Part shown: positions 1 to 9,508 of the stretch, piece by piece | How the letters are laid out: each line of letters opens with the position of its first letter | How positions within the stretch are numbered: the stretch's first letter is position 1 | Origin: an uncultured archaeon | GTDB lineage: Archaea > Micrarchaeota > Micrarchaeia > Micrarchaeales > CABMGC01 | Length of the DNA stretch: 64,000 nt | NCBI GenBank assembly: GCA_963787445.1 | Contig: CAWBCT010000013.1 | Coordinates: 43,096-107,095, forward strand | Direction: 5' to 3' | Notes under the pieces: generated by a model | The model's database searches: none | What the model was told of the DNA's origin: nothing | The model's input: the letters and a program-made list of their open reading frames with translations, nothing else | Program-made: the position numbers and the translations under genes

Positions 1-305
1 CAAAGACAAAACACCCGAAAGAAGTAAGTGAACTGGAGAAAGGAATCCGACACGGTGTAAAAGGTTCTGAAGAATACGAACCCTTTAAAGAAAGAGTAAC
101 GAGAGTTTTTGGGAATATTACAAAAGCCAATCAAAAGACCGTCGCGATTCTCACCCACGGCGGAGTGATCAGGTGCATAATCCGGGAAATACTGAAGTTT
201 GGTGAATTGGAGAAACTGGGCGATTGTGCAATAATAGAGTTCAGTAAAGATGGGAATAAATTCTCATTAATAGCCTCCGATGGTGTGGTTTTCAGTAGGG
301 AATAA
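1..305 (+). CDS. Histidine phosphatase (phosphoglycerate mutase-like) family protein, 3' part only
   Basis: Frame from nt 3 reads ...EEYEPFKERV...KTVAILTHGGVIRCII...LGDCAII...; the THGG motif is typical of the family C-terminal half; stop TAA 303-305. Confidence 0.75.
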   Translation, partial: KTKHPKEVSELEKGIRHGVKGSEEYEPFKERVTRVFGNITKANQKTVAILTHGGVIRCIIREILKFGELEKLGDCAIIEFSKDGNKFSLIASDGVVFSRE

Positions 306-327
306 CACACGTCAAACCATCATAACG

Positions 328-335
328 TATATAAA
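328..335 (+). promoter_or_regulatory. Candidate TATA box for the 16S precursor
   Basis: TATATAAA upstream of a hairpin-rich leader and the 16S processing stem. Confidence 0.4.
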
Positions 336-465
336 GCTTCTTACGTATAATATACCTCATCCGCTCTCGAAACGCCTAGGCTTTTCGGAAGGATAATCAT
401 GACCATGATTGTCGGGCTTCTCGCCCGCTTTGTCGTCGTGATTGGTGAAAATTCCTATTGGAATT

Positions 466-505
466 AGATGTAGTCTTGAGAATGCAAAGAGGCAACAACG
501 CAATT
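466..505 (+). other. 5' arm of the 16S processing stem (bulge-helix-bulge)
   Basis: AGATGTAGTCTTGAG-A-ATGC-AAA-GAGGCAAC..GCAATT is complementary to 2056-2093. Confidence 0.8.
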
Positions 506-520
506 GCAAATTAAGAATCA

Positions 521-2007
521 ACTCCAGTCGATGCTGCTGGAGGACACTGCTATCAGATTTCGACAGCCATGCAAGTCAACATCTCGACATGAGGTGTGGC
601 ACACGGCTCAGTAACGCGTGGTCAATCTAACGTAGAGAAGGGCATAACCTTGGGAAACTGAGGCTAATTCCATATAGGCTACGGATGCTGGAAGGCACTG
701 TAGGCGAAACGGGATGCGAAATGGAGCATTTCCGCTCTACGATGAGACTGCGTCGGATCAGGCAGATGGCGGGGTAACGGCCCACCATACCTTTGACCCG
801 TAGGGGATATGAGAGTATGAGCCCCGAGAAGGGCACTGAGACAAGGGCCCTAGCGCTACGGCGTGCAGCAGGCGCGCAAACTCCACAATGCGGGAAACCG
901 TGATGGGGGGAGTCTGAGTGGCAAGCTTTTAGCTTGCCTTTTGCTAAGTTTAGTCAGCTTGGCGAATAAGTGCTGGGTAAGACCGGTGGCAGCCGCCACG
1001 GTAATACCGGCGGCACAAGTGGTGTTCACTATTATTGGGTTTAAAGCGTCCGTAGCTGGCCGAAACCGTCTTATGTGAAATGTAGGCGCTCAACGTCTAT
1101 ACGTGCATAAGATACCTTTCGGCTAGGGAGCGGGAGAGGTTTGGAGTACTTATGGGGTAGTGGTAAAATACTGTAATCCTATAAGGACTACCTGTGGCGA
1201 AGGCGCCAAACCAGAACGCATCCGACAGTGAGTGACGAAGGCTAGGAGAACGAATCGGATTAGATACCCGAGTAGCCCTAGCAGTAAATCATGTAGACAT
1301 TGGTGTTGCACCTATCTCGAATAGGTGCAGTACCGTAGGAAAACTGTTAAGTCTACCACCTGGGGAGTACGGCCGCAAGGTTGAAACTTAAAGCAATTGG
1401 CGGGGGAGCACACAAGGGGTGGATGCTACGGTTTAATTGAATTCAACGTCGGGAATTTTACCTGGAGCGACGGCAGGATGAAGGTCAAGCTAAAGACTTT
1501 GCCTAACGAGCCGAGAGGTGTTGCATGGCGATCGTCAGTTCGTGGTGTGAACTATCAGGTTAAGTCCTGTAACGAACGAGATCCTCGCTGACAGTTGCAA
1601 CCGGCGCAGATGTGCGCCGAGCACTCTGTCAGGACCGCCTGCGTTTAAGCAGGAGGAAGGAGAGGGCTACGGTACGTCAGTACGGCCCGAATCTCCAGGG
1701 CTACACGCGGCATACAAAGGTTGGCACAATGGGTTGCCACTCAGAGATGAGGAGCTAATCCCCTAAAACCAATCTAAGTTCGGATTGAGGGTTGAAACTC
1801 ACCCTCATGAAGTTGGAATCCCTAGTAATCGCATGTCACCATCGTGCGGTGAATATGTCCCCGCTCCTTGCACACACCGCCTGCCAAGTCATCCAAGTGG
1901 GGTCTTAGTGACGCCGTATCCTAACAGATGCGGTCGAACTAAGGTTTCGTGAGGGGGGCTAAGGCATAACAAGGTATCCGTAGGGGAACCTGCGGATAGA
2001 TCACCTC
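521..2007 (+). rRNA. rrs: Archaeal 16S rRNA, unlinked, no intron evident (about 1487 nt)
   Basis: Conserved blocks CAGCCGCCACGGTAA, ATTAGATACCC, AAACTTAAAG, GTAACGAACGAG, CTTGCACACACCGCC, 3' GATCACCTC. Confidence 0.98.
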
Positions 2008-2055
2008 AAAACTTTTTACAAAGTTTTATTATAAACTAGTGTGCGTACAGAACAG

Positions 2056-2093
2056 AATTGCGTTGCCTCGCATTAATACTCAAGACTACATCT
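2056..2093 (+). other. 3' arm of the 16S processing stem
   Basis: AATTGCGTTGCCTC-GCAT-TAA-TACTCAAGACTACATCT pairs with 466-505. Confidence 0.8.
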
Positions 2094-2187
2094 TTCCTTA
2101 TTTTTATGGTTCTTAGCTGAGCCGTATCTTTTTACAGCCCTACGGTACTATTATATATCTATTATACACCAATTATATAATGATTAT

Positions 2188-2424
2188 ATGTACACCACAA
2201 TACAGATAACAAAGAACACGCGTGAGAAGCTCAATGGCCTGAAGCTATACCGGAAGGCCACCTACGACGAGATAATTGGGGCGCTGATAGACATGATACC
2301 AGAAAAGGATGAGGAAGGAAGATATACGACCGAATTCAGGGCCTCGCTGCTACGCGGATTTCTTGACATAAAACACGGAAGAACGCACACGCTAAAGGAG
2401 ATGAAGGAGCGATTTGGTGCTTGA
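2188..2424 (+). CDS. Antitoxin (RHH-like) of a RelBE-type TA pair
   Basis: MYTTIQITKNTREKL...TYDEII, C-terminal DIKHGRTHTLKEMK; abuts the relE gene. Confidence 0.75.
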   Translation: MYTTIQITKNTREKLNGLKLYRKATYDEIIGALIDMIPEKDEEGRYTTEFRASLLRGFLDIKHGRTHTLKEMKERFGA

Positions 2425-2682
2425 TTGGCGTACGAGGTCGAATTCTCAGATGAAGCGGCCATGCAGCTGGAAGGCATTGATAAAAACACGGCAAAACGAA
2501 TACTCAAAAAACTAGAGTCTGTAAGGGAGAATCCTGGCGCATTTTTGGAGGGGCTTACGGCGCGACCTCAGCGCAAATTGAGAGTTGGAGACTATAGACT
2601 ATTAATAATCGTTGATAAAAGCAAGCGTAAAATCTTCATAATGTCCTTGGGGCATCGAAAAAACATATACGAAAGGCATTAA
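2425..2682 (+). CDS. relE: RelE/ParE-family toxin
   Basis: YEVEFSDEA...KLRVGDYRLL...LGHRKNIY; TTG start. Confidence 0.9.
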   Translation: MAYEVEFSDEAAMQLEGIDKNTAKRILKKLESVRENPGAFLEGLTARPQRKLRVGDYRLLIIVDKSKRKIFIMSLGHRKNIYERH

Positions 2683-2732
2683 GAAGATCCGAACCGTGAG
2701 AACTCTTTTATATCAGAAAATCTAGAAGAATA

Positions 2733-3377
2733 ATGATGGAGAAGATAGCCACGCTGCCTAGTAGGGCGGAGCTAAAGTTGGTTGCAAGGGATCCCAAAAT
2801 TACACTTGGTCAGGGAGAGCGAGACCGCAGGGATGTGCTCCTTGACCGCTTCTGGATCAGCCATGGCTGGTTTAAAGGTCCGGATTCAGGGAAGGTTCTT
2901 ATAAAGCCCAAGTGGAAGGACGACGAAGAGGCACAAGTAGAAGCGGTTAGACTTCTCTGCGAGCAGCTACTTAACAAGAACCCTCGGAATCTTGTGGCAA
3001 AGGACTTTCACAGGAATAGGCTTGGAGGACTGCTGGCCCATCATTTCAACGGAAGCCCGTTCGCTGCTGCGTCAAAAACCTATCCAAGGGAAAGGATAAG
3101 GGAGTGGGAGATGGTTTCCACCCCGCGCATATTTTTCAAGAAGAAGCAAAATAGGATAGCCGCGGTGGAATGGCTTGTCGACAAGCTAGCGAAGGACCCG
3201 CGAGAGATAAAAAAGACCGATTTCTATGACAACTATCTCGGAGGAATGTTGTGTTACCGCCACCACGATAGTCCCTATTGGGCATTACTCGAAGCCGGCT
3301 TTGTAACGGAGGAGGATAAGCGATACATGAAGCGCACCGGCATAAGAAGAAAGGATTTATTAGTTCTTTTAAGGTAA
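2733..3377 (+). CDS. Hypothetical protein with two tandem ~60-aa repeats (DUF4046-like)
   Basis: Repeats L..KNPRNLVAKDFHRNRLGGLL..HFNGSPF and L..KDPREIKKTDFYDNYLGGML..HHDSPY. Confidence 0.6.
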   Translation: MMEKIATLPSRAELKLVARDPKITLGQGERDRRDVLLDRFWISHGWFKGPDSGKVLIKPKWKDDEEAQVEAVRLLCEQLLNKNPRNLVAKDFHRNRLGGLLAHHFNGSPFAAASKTYPRERIREWEMVSTPRIFFKKKQNRIAAVEWLVDKLAKDPREIKKTDFYDNYLGGMLCYRHHDSPYWALLEAGFVTEEDKRYMKRTGIRRKDLLVLLR

Positions 3378-3402
3378 AGTGTGATATAGTTAAGGTTTGT
3401 CC

Positions 3403-3894
3403 ATGAAGATCAAGCTCCAGCCCTATTTGTGCTACCTCGCTGGCCTTCAGAGCAGGAGCCGCACCGAGCAGAATGCCATAGGTATCTTCACTCATGATGA
3501 CGTTTTCGAGAGCAAATTTGTCAAGATGTGCCTTGACAAGGTAAAGATTGAGCCGAACCGCATAATTATAGAAGAGGGCGCCGGCGGAACACGTCACATC
3601 TTCTTCTATCACTCCAAGCTCGGCGGCCAGCTCCGCAAGATCTCGGAGAACTGCGGCAAGATGTTCCGGGCCCCGACCAATGAGTCAAGAAGCTACCTTG
3701 CAGGCATCTTCGACGCTGCAGGCCATCTGACTGTAAGCGGTCTTTACATCAGCAAGATAAGCGTTCAGGAGTCGATTATGTTGCAGCAGCTCGGGGTTCA
3801 CACCCAGGGCGAGAAAGTACTGAACATCAGCCAGTTCCTGAAGCTCATAGATGGATTCAGTTTCAGGCCGCACGCACTTCCAAAATCGCGCTAA
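3403..3894 (+). CDS. Stand-alone degenerate LAGLIDADG-domain protein
   Basis: Two motif-like segments, YLCYLAGLQSR and SYLAGIFDAAGHL. Confidence 0.6.
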   Translation: MKIKLQPYLCYLAGLQSRSRTEQNAIGIFTHDDVFESKFVKMCLDKVKIEPNRIIIEEGAGGTRHIFFYHSKLGGQLRKISENCGKMFRAPTNESRSYLAGIFDAAGHLTVSGLYISKISVQESIMLQQLGVHTQGEKVLNISQFLKLIDGFSFRPHALPKSR

Positions 3895-3961
3895 TTGTTC
3901 TATTTCCGACGAAATCTTCGCAAGCTATATAAACTTCTTTAACTCATATTCATCTGATAAA

Positions 3962-4504
3962 ATGGAGCAGCGAGTCATACTTGTGGACGAGAATGATAAT
4001 CCACTTGGAACCGAGGAGAAGATGAAGGCCCACCAGAACGGAGGCAAGCTTCATCGCGCACTTTCGGTGTTCGTGTTCAACAAGAACGGGGAGACGATGC
4101 TTCAGCAGCGCGCCGCCATAAAATACCACACGCAAAATAAGTGGTCAAACACCTGCTGCAGCCATCAGATGGAGGGTGAAGACACCATAACCGCGGCCCA
4201 TAGGCGGCTCAAGGAGGAGATGGGTTTCGACTGCCCGCTTAAGGAGGCGTTCAATTTCACTTACCACGCCGAAGTCGGCAACGGGCTCAAGGAAAACGAG
4301 TTCGACCACATAGTATTTGGCACTTTTGATAAGGTTCCCCGGCCCAATCCAGACGAGGTGCAGGACTGGAAGTGGATTAGCCTGCCTGAACTCAAGGCGC
4401 GGATAAAGTCCGACCCCGGCTCCTTCACTCCCTGGCTCCGCCTTATGATTGACGAGGTAATCAAGAACTACGAAAAGCTGAGTCCGGGCAGAAAAGCCAG
4501 CTAG
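3962..4504 (+). CDS. idi: Isopentenyl-diphosphate delta-isomerase, type 1 (Nudix fold)
   Basis: VILVDEND, LHRALSVFVFN, LQQRA..K, WSNTCCSH, ENEFDH, FTPW. Confidence 0.93.
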   Translation: MEQRVILVDENDNPLGTEEKMKAHQNGGKLHRALSVFVFNKNGETMLQQRAAIKYHTQNKWSNTCCSHQMEGEDTITAAHRRLKEEMGFDCPLKEAFNFTYHAEVGNGLKENEFDHIVFGTFDKVPRPNPDEVQDWKWISLPELKARIKSDPGSFTPWLRLMIDEVIKNYEKLSPGRKAS

Positions 4505-4560
4505 AACTTCCTTCACATTCCACTAATACTTATTTAAGCTTAATCGCCCTCTGTGTATCC

Positions 4561-5007
4561 GTGAGTCATGTGATTCTGGGCGTCCGCAGTATCTATGAAA
4601 AAGCCTCTTTTACTGACGGGAAGCGCATCCTTGTAGAGCGTCTCTGGCCGCGAGGCATAAGGCGCAGCACCGCGAACATCGACACCTGGGCGAAGGACAT
4701 AGCCCCCACAAACGGCCTCCGCCTGCGGCTTGCCGCGCACAATGAGTGGTGGCCGGTCTTCAAGAAACGCTACCTCAAGGAGCTTGAGGTCAACAAGGCC
4801 GTGCCAAGGCTGCTTAACCGGATCACAAGAGAGGACATAACCCTAGTCTACTCATCAAGGAATGACCGTAACAATAACGCGACCATACTTTACACCTTCC
4901 TGAATACGAGGCTCAAGAGACTGCAGAAGCAGCAGGCACTAAAATCCGCGGGCCTTGCCAAGCGCGCTGCAAATCGCGAGAAAATGCTCGGGATCCCAAG
5001 TAATTAG
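4561..5007 (+). CDS. DUF488/YeaO family protein
   Basis: DGKRILVERLWPRGI, WAKDIAP, FKKRYLKEL, ITLVYSSR..NNA. Confidence 0.85.
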   Translation: MSHVILGVRSIYEKASFTDGKRILVERLWPRGIRRSTANIDTWAKDIAPTNGLRLRLAAHNEWWPVFKKRYLKELEVNKAVPRLLNRITREDITLVYSSRNDRNNNATILYTFLNTRLKRLQKQQALKSAGLAKRAANREKMLGIPSN

Positions 5008-5046
5008 AGCTAAATATCTGAAAATTGCTTAAATTTTAAGAGATTA

Positions 5047-5949
5047 ATGGCTACTAAATTGTCTGCCAATCGGGCCCAGGCACTGGGTGACACAAGGACC
5101 CTCAGTTCTTTTGATCTAGGGATTCTGCGGCGCGTGTTCGACGAGCACAAGAGCTCTGTAATATGTCCGACGTTGAACGGCAGTTCGAAGTTCGTATATT
5201 TACTGAGGGGCTACTTTGACGGCCGCGGCGCCGAACCTCCTCTTCTTCTCCCGATGAACGTAAAGAGCTTGCGCTACAATCTTTTTGACTTTCTGGCCAA
5301 CTCCGACTTTGTCTATTCACAGGACTTCGAGAAGATGAGGTCCGAGGCAGGCCGACGTGGCTTCGGAGCGGAGATTACCTCATTTATTAGGGCTGCTTTG
5401 GAGGAGCCTGCAAAACGGCTGAAAAAGATTGTCAGGGAGACCGAGACTGCTTCCGCCACTCTAAACTCCAACAGGTTCCTCATACTGGATTGGAGTTATA
5501 CGCACAGTGCCGGACCGGTTACCTGTGTTGGAAACCCGAATCGCTCCACGGTTGACGCCGTCGCAACTGTGCTAAATGCTTTACGAGATAGGCCAGAGAT
5601 ACATCTGCTCGCGGTAAGCGACTACAGCCCGCTCTTGCCCATAAGCGTCCCGGACAGGTCCCACGCGAGCAATGTAGAATGGCCAGCCCTACGCGACCGC
5701 GCAAGACTTCCAAACAAGGTTTTCTTGGAGTGCTATGACCTCCTCCAGAGCTGGGCACAAGATAAGTATCTGCCTCAAACAGAGGGGGTTAGAATGCACT
5801 TGATGGACGGTGCGTTCAGAGGATCCGTGCTTGCTGGCGATTTACTCCGCGAGAGCGTAAGAAACGCCGATTTGCTGCTCAGCAAGGGCTTTGAATCGGG
5901 CAGTAAGGATAAGTATGGTTATCCTGAAGAGCGGGACCTGGTTTTCTAG
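5047..5949 (+). CDS. Orphan hypothetical protein
   Basis: 300-aa ORF with its own TATA box; no recognised motif. Confidence 0.6.
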   Translation: MATKLSANRAQALGDTRTLSSFDLGILRRVFDEHKSSVICPTLNGSSKFVYLLRGYFDGRGAEPPLLLPMNVKSLRYNLFDFLANSDFVYSQDFEKMRSEAGRRGFGAEITSFIRAALEEPAKRLKKIVRETETASATLNSNRFLILDWSYTHSAGPVTCVGNPNRSTVDAVATVLNALRDRPEIHLLAVSDYSPLLPISVPDRSHASNVEWPALRDRARLPNKVFLECYDLLQSWAQDKYLPQTEGVRMHLMDGAFRGSVLAGDLLRESVRNADLLLSKGFESGSKDKYGYPEERDLVF

Positions 5950-6513
5950 TCAGAGCTCGAGCTTCTTGACTTCGAGCCTTCCGATGCTCGCTATGTTGTG
6001 TATGCGCTTGGTTGCCTCGCTCTGCATCGTCCCGTCTATCACGTCCTTCACCACCGCGCTGCTGTCCCTCTCCTTCATGTAGGCCGTCGCGAAGTCCGAG
6101 AGCTCCTTCCTGAGCGCCTTTCTCTTCTTTGTGGTTACTCTTCGCGTGGTTGTCAAAAGAAGCTTAAGTATTACCGTCTTGCCGTTCTTGTCCTTGACCT
6201 TGTCGACCGTGTACATCGTGCTCGCGTGCCTCTTCACCATCGAGTGCATGTAGCTGTAGGTCTGCTCAAGGTACTTCAGCTCGGTGTGCACAGCGTTGCC
6301 ATTTACGCTGCTGACCCTCAGCCCCACCACCAGGAAGACGTGGTTGGGGTTGTTTGTTATCCAGGACATGCTCACCTTGATCAGCCTGCCGATCGCGTCC
6401 TTGTCCTCGCTTGCCGGCATCTCTCCAATCGTCTGGTTTCCGAGCATCTCCGGAGTGTAGATGTTGAACCACTTCTTTGCCTTCCACTTCTCCATCCCTT
6501 TTGTTACCGCCAT
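5950..6513 (-). CDS. rps3ae: 30S ribosomal protein S3Ae (eS1)
   Basis: KWKAKKWFNIYTP..LG...IGE.PA, IGRLIKVS, EVKKLE. Confidence 0.92.
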   Translation of the reverse strand: MAVTKGMEKWKAKKWFNIYTPEMLGNQTIGEMPASEDKDAIGRLIKVSMSWITNNPNHVFLVVGLRVSSVNGNAVHTELKYLEQTYSYMHSMVKRHASTMYTVDKVKDKNGKTVILKLLLTTTRRVTTKKRKALRKELSDFATAYMKERDSSAVVKDVIDGTMQSEATKRIHNIASIGRLEVKKLEL

Positions 6514-6516
6514 CTA

Positions 6517-6978
6517 CTAACCCTTGATGATAAGCGCAGCCTTCTCTGGGTTGTACTTCCAGTCCTCCGGAAGCCTTCCCTCGCGCTTGTAATACTTTGT
6601 CAATCGCCATATCTTCGATTCGGTCCTCTGCAGGCTCGTTTTGTTGTGCATGTCCTTCTTGTTCGTCGCCAGGTGCTTTCTCAGCCCCACTGCCTTCTTC
6701 ATGAGGTCGAGCATGTCCTGCGGGAACTCCTGTTTGAAGCCTTTCTCCTTCATCACCACGACCAGGCGCTTGCCCAGCGTGTTCTTTATGTAGTGAACGT
6801 TATCCTTGTCCTTCAGGTACTGCCCTATCAAAGTGGGTCCCAGCCCCTGCTTCATGTACTGGTCGATGGCCTTGCCGATCTCCTCCTTGCTCTTCGCTCC
6901 CTCGATGGGGGTTATAGCGTCCAGCGCCGGCTTCCTAGACTTGGACTTGCCGTGCTTCTTCGTATGCATTCTTGCCAT
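6517..6978 (-). CDS. rps15p: 30S ribosomal protein S15 (uS15)
   Basis: MARMHTKKHGKSKS, ESKIWRLTKYYKREGRLPEDWKY. Confidence 0.97.
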   Translation of the reverse strand: MARMHTKKHGKSKSRKPALDAITPIEGAKSKEEIGKAIDQYMKQGLGPTLIGQYLKDKDNVHYIKNTLGKRLVVVMKEKGFKQEFPQDMLDLMKKAVGLRKHLATNKKDMHNKTSLQRTESKIWRLTKYYKREGRLPEDWKYNPEKAALIIKG

Positions 6979-7108
6979 TAGACCACAATATTTTGATACC
7001 GTCTTGAAATGTTAGATGAAAAAGACTAACCTAGTGCAATATCAAGCTATATATTGCTAAGGAATATTTATAAGGGTTATTGTTGGCAACTGCCCTCTAA
7101 AATAGGCC

Positions 7109-9457
7109 CTATTTCAGCACGCTAATCCTCAGTCCGGTCTCAGGAAGTTCGATCTCGCCTTTTCCTTTAGTGATCTTCTTTACTTTCATGGCGCCCTTGA
7201 TATCCTCAAGCCCTTCTTTCAGGTCGCCCTCTATGGTCAGTTCTGAGAGATCCGCGTTAAGCGCCATCTTGTTGTCGTGCTTCCAGGACCTTACCGCAGA
7301 GATGACCTTGCAGATCTTCTCGCCCTGCTCAATGGACTTTTCGTCCACCAGCTTCTTTTCGAATGCAGGCCAAGATGAGATATGTATCGAGCTCTTCCCT
7401 ACCTCATCCCTGTAAAGCTCCTGGTAGATCTCCTCGGTTATGTAGGGAATGAAAGGCGCGAACAGCTTCAGGAGGGTGAGAAAGACCTCATTGAGCGCGT
7501 AGTTCGCGCTGGTGTCCTTGTCATAGATCCGGTATTTGATGAACTCAAGGTAGTTGTCGCAGAAGAACCAGAAGAACTCCTCCACCACGCGCTTCGCGCC
7601 CGCGTAGTTGTACTGCTCGAACTCCTCGGTTGCCTGCTTCACCACCAGCCTCGCCCTGGAAAGTATCCACTTGTCCATGATATTTGTAGGAACCTTGTCC
7701 GTGCTCTTGTTGCTCGAGACAAACCTTGCCACGTTCCAGAGCTTGTTGACAAGCCTTGCCCCTGTGATTACATCCTTGTCCTGGAATGAGGCATCCTCCC
7801 CAAGCCTTGTCGAGCTTGCCCAATACCGAAGTGCGTCGGCTCCGTGTCTTTGGATTATCGGCATTGGCTCTACCGTATTGCCCTGCGACTTATGCATCGG
7901 CTTTCCATGCTGGTCAAGCCCATGGCCCGAGATGATTACATCTTTCCATGGGAGCTTGCCCGTGTGCAGGTAGGACTTTACAACCGTTGTGAAGAGCCAG
8001 AAGGAGATTATGTCGTGCGCCTGTGGCCTAAGCGACATCGGGAAGATCTCCATGCGCTCTCCCTCGAGGCCCCATCTTGCATTTATCAGCGGAGTTAACG
8101 ATGAGGTAGCCCAGGTGTCCAGCACGTCCTGCTCAGGCACGTACTCGGTTGAACCACATTTGCCGCACTTCTTGCCCGGCTTTGAGCTCAGCGGGTTGAC
8201 CGGCAGTTCTTTCTTGTCTGGGAAGATGGGCTCATCGCACTTCTTGCAATACCAGACCGGGAATGGGATTCCATAGTAGCGCTGCCTGGAGATCCCCCAA
8301 TCCCACTGCAGACCGTTGACCCAGTTATCGTAACGCACCTTCATGTGCTTCGGGGTCCAGTTGATCTGGCCGCCGAGCTCGAGAAGCTTGTCCTTCAGGT
8401 CGAGGTATTTTATGTACCACTGCTTCTTGACCAGGAACTCTATCTCTGTCTTGCAGCGTTCGTGAACATTAACATTGTGCTCAATCTCCTTTTCTGCTAT
8501 CAAGAACCCCTTCTCCTTGAGCTCTGTGATTATCGCCTCCCTGGCCTCTTTGATCTTCATCCCCTTGAAATGGGGGTCTAGCATCCGTCCGTGCCCATCA
8601 ATGATTATCTTGAGGGGGAGGTTGTATGCTTTGTACCATTCTATGTCGGTCAGGTCGCCGAAAGTGCAGCACATAACCACCCCCGTGCCCTTCTCCGGGT
8701 CTACGCGCCTGTCTGCAAGTATCGTAACTTCCTGCTCAAAGATCGGCACCTTCACCTTCTTTCCTACAAGCTTCGCATTCTTTTTATCATCCGGGTTGAC
8801 GAAAATGGCGACGCACGCCGGGAGCATCTCAGGCCTGGTCGTTGCTATCACCACGTCCTTCGAGAACTTCAACGTGACAAATTTTGACTTGAGTAGCTTA
8901 TCCTCAAGTTCCATCTGCGAAAGCGAGGTTCCCTCCTTGGCGCACCAAATGGTGGGCGTCTCCTTTCTGTAGGCCCTGCCCATCTTGTTTAGCTCTAGGA
9001 ATGAGTACTGGGAGATCTTCTGCACGTCCCTGCTTATCGTAGTGTAAAAGAACTGCCAATCGACAGAGACGCCGACCGTCTTCCAGATGTCAACGTACAT
9101 CTTTTCATACTCCTTTATGCTGGTCTCCACCAGCTCAATGAACTTCTCGCGTCCCACCTTTTCCGCAGTCACATTGTTCTGCTTCTCAACAAGAATCTCC
9201 GTTGGCAGCCCATTGTTATCAAGGCCGAACGGATAGAAGACGCTGAAACCATTCATTCGCTTGTAACGAGCTATGAAGTCTGCCTGCGAATAGGAGAAAA
9301 CGTGGCCAACGTGAATGAAACCTGAAACTGTCGGAGGCGGTGTGTCTATGGCATAGATCTCGCCGGCCTTCTTGCCCTTGAATTTGTAGATGCCCTCCTT
9401 CTCCCAGAACTCGCGTAGGCGCGGCTCCGCTTCCTTGGGGTCGTATCTATCCTGCAT
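7109..9457 (-). CDS. valS: Valine-tRNA ligase, archaeal type
   Basis: IDTPPPTVSG, HVGH, ATTRPE, DWGISRQR, DVLDTW, PMHKS (KMSKS variant). Confidence 0.95.
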   Translation of the reverse strand: MQDRYDPKEAEPRLREFWEKEGIYKFKGKKAGEIYAIDTPPPTVSGFIHVGHVFSYSQADFIARYKRMNGFSVFYPFGLDNNGLPTEILVEKQNNVTAEKVGREKFIELVETSIKEYEKMYVDIWKTVGVSVDWQFFYTTISRDVQKISQYSFLELNKMGRAYRKETPTIWCAKEGTSLSQMELEDKLLKSKFVTLKFSKDVVIATTRPEMLPACVAIFVNPDDKKNAKLVGKKVKVPIFEQEVTILADRRVDPEKGTGVVMCCTFGDLTDIEWYKAYNLPLKIIIDGHGRMLDPHFKGMKIKEAREAIITELKEKGFLIAEKEIEHNVNVHERCKTEIEFLVKKQWYIKYLDLKDKLLELGGQINWTPKHMKVRYDNWVNGLQWDWGISRQRYYGIPFPVWYCKKCDEPIFPDKKELPVNPLSSKPGKKCGKCGSTEYVPEQDVLDTWATSSLTPLINARWGLEGERMEIFPMSLRPQAHDIISFWLFTTVVKSYLHTGKLPWKDVIISGHGLDQHGKPMHKSQGNTVEPMPIIQRHGADALRYWASSTRLGEDASFQDKDVITGARLVNKLWNVARFVSSNKSTDKVPTNIMDKWILSRARLVVKQATEEFEQYNYAGAKRVVEEFFWFFCDNYLEFIKYRIYDKDTSANYALNEVFLTLLKLFAPFIPYITEEIYQELYRDEVGKSSIHISSWPAFEKKLVDEKSIEQGEKICKVISAVRSWKHDNKMALNADLSELTIEGDLKEGLEDIKGAMKVKKITKGKGEIELPETGLRISVLK

Positions 9458-9508
9458 GTTGTTCTATTAGCGGGAATATGTATAAAAGGATTAGGAATGC
9501 CGAGGAGT

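Noticed and set aside
442-1591. Four short ORFs in the track
   Set aside because: They overlap the 16S rRNA or its leader; spurious
521-2007. Possible 16S intron or homing endonuclease insertion (known in some DPANN)
   Set aside because: Length is normal and conserved blocks are contiguous; the LAGLIDADG-like gene lies outside the rRNA
5998-6981. 327-aa plus-strand ORF
   Set aside because: Antisense shadow of rps3ae/rps15
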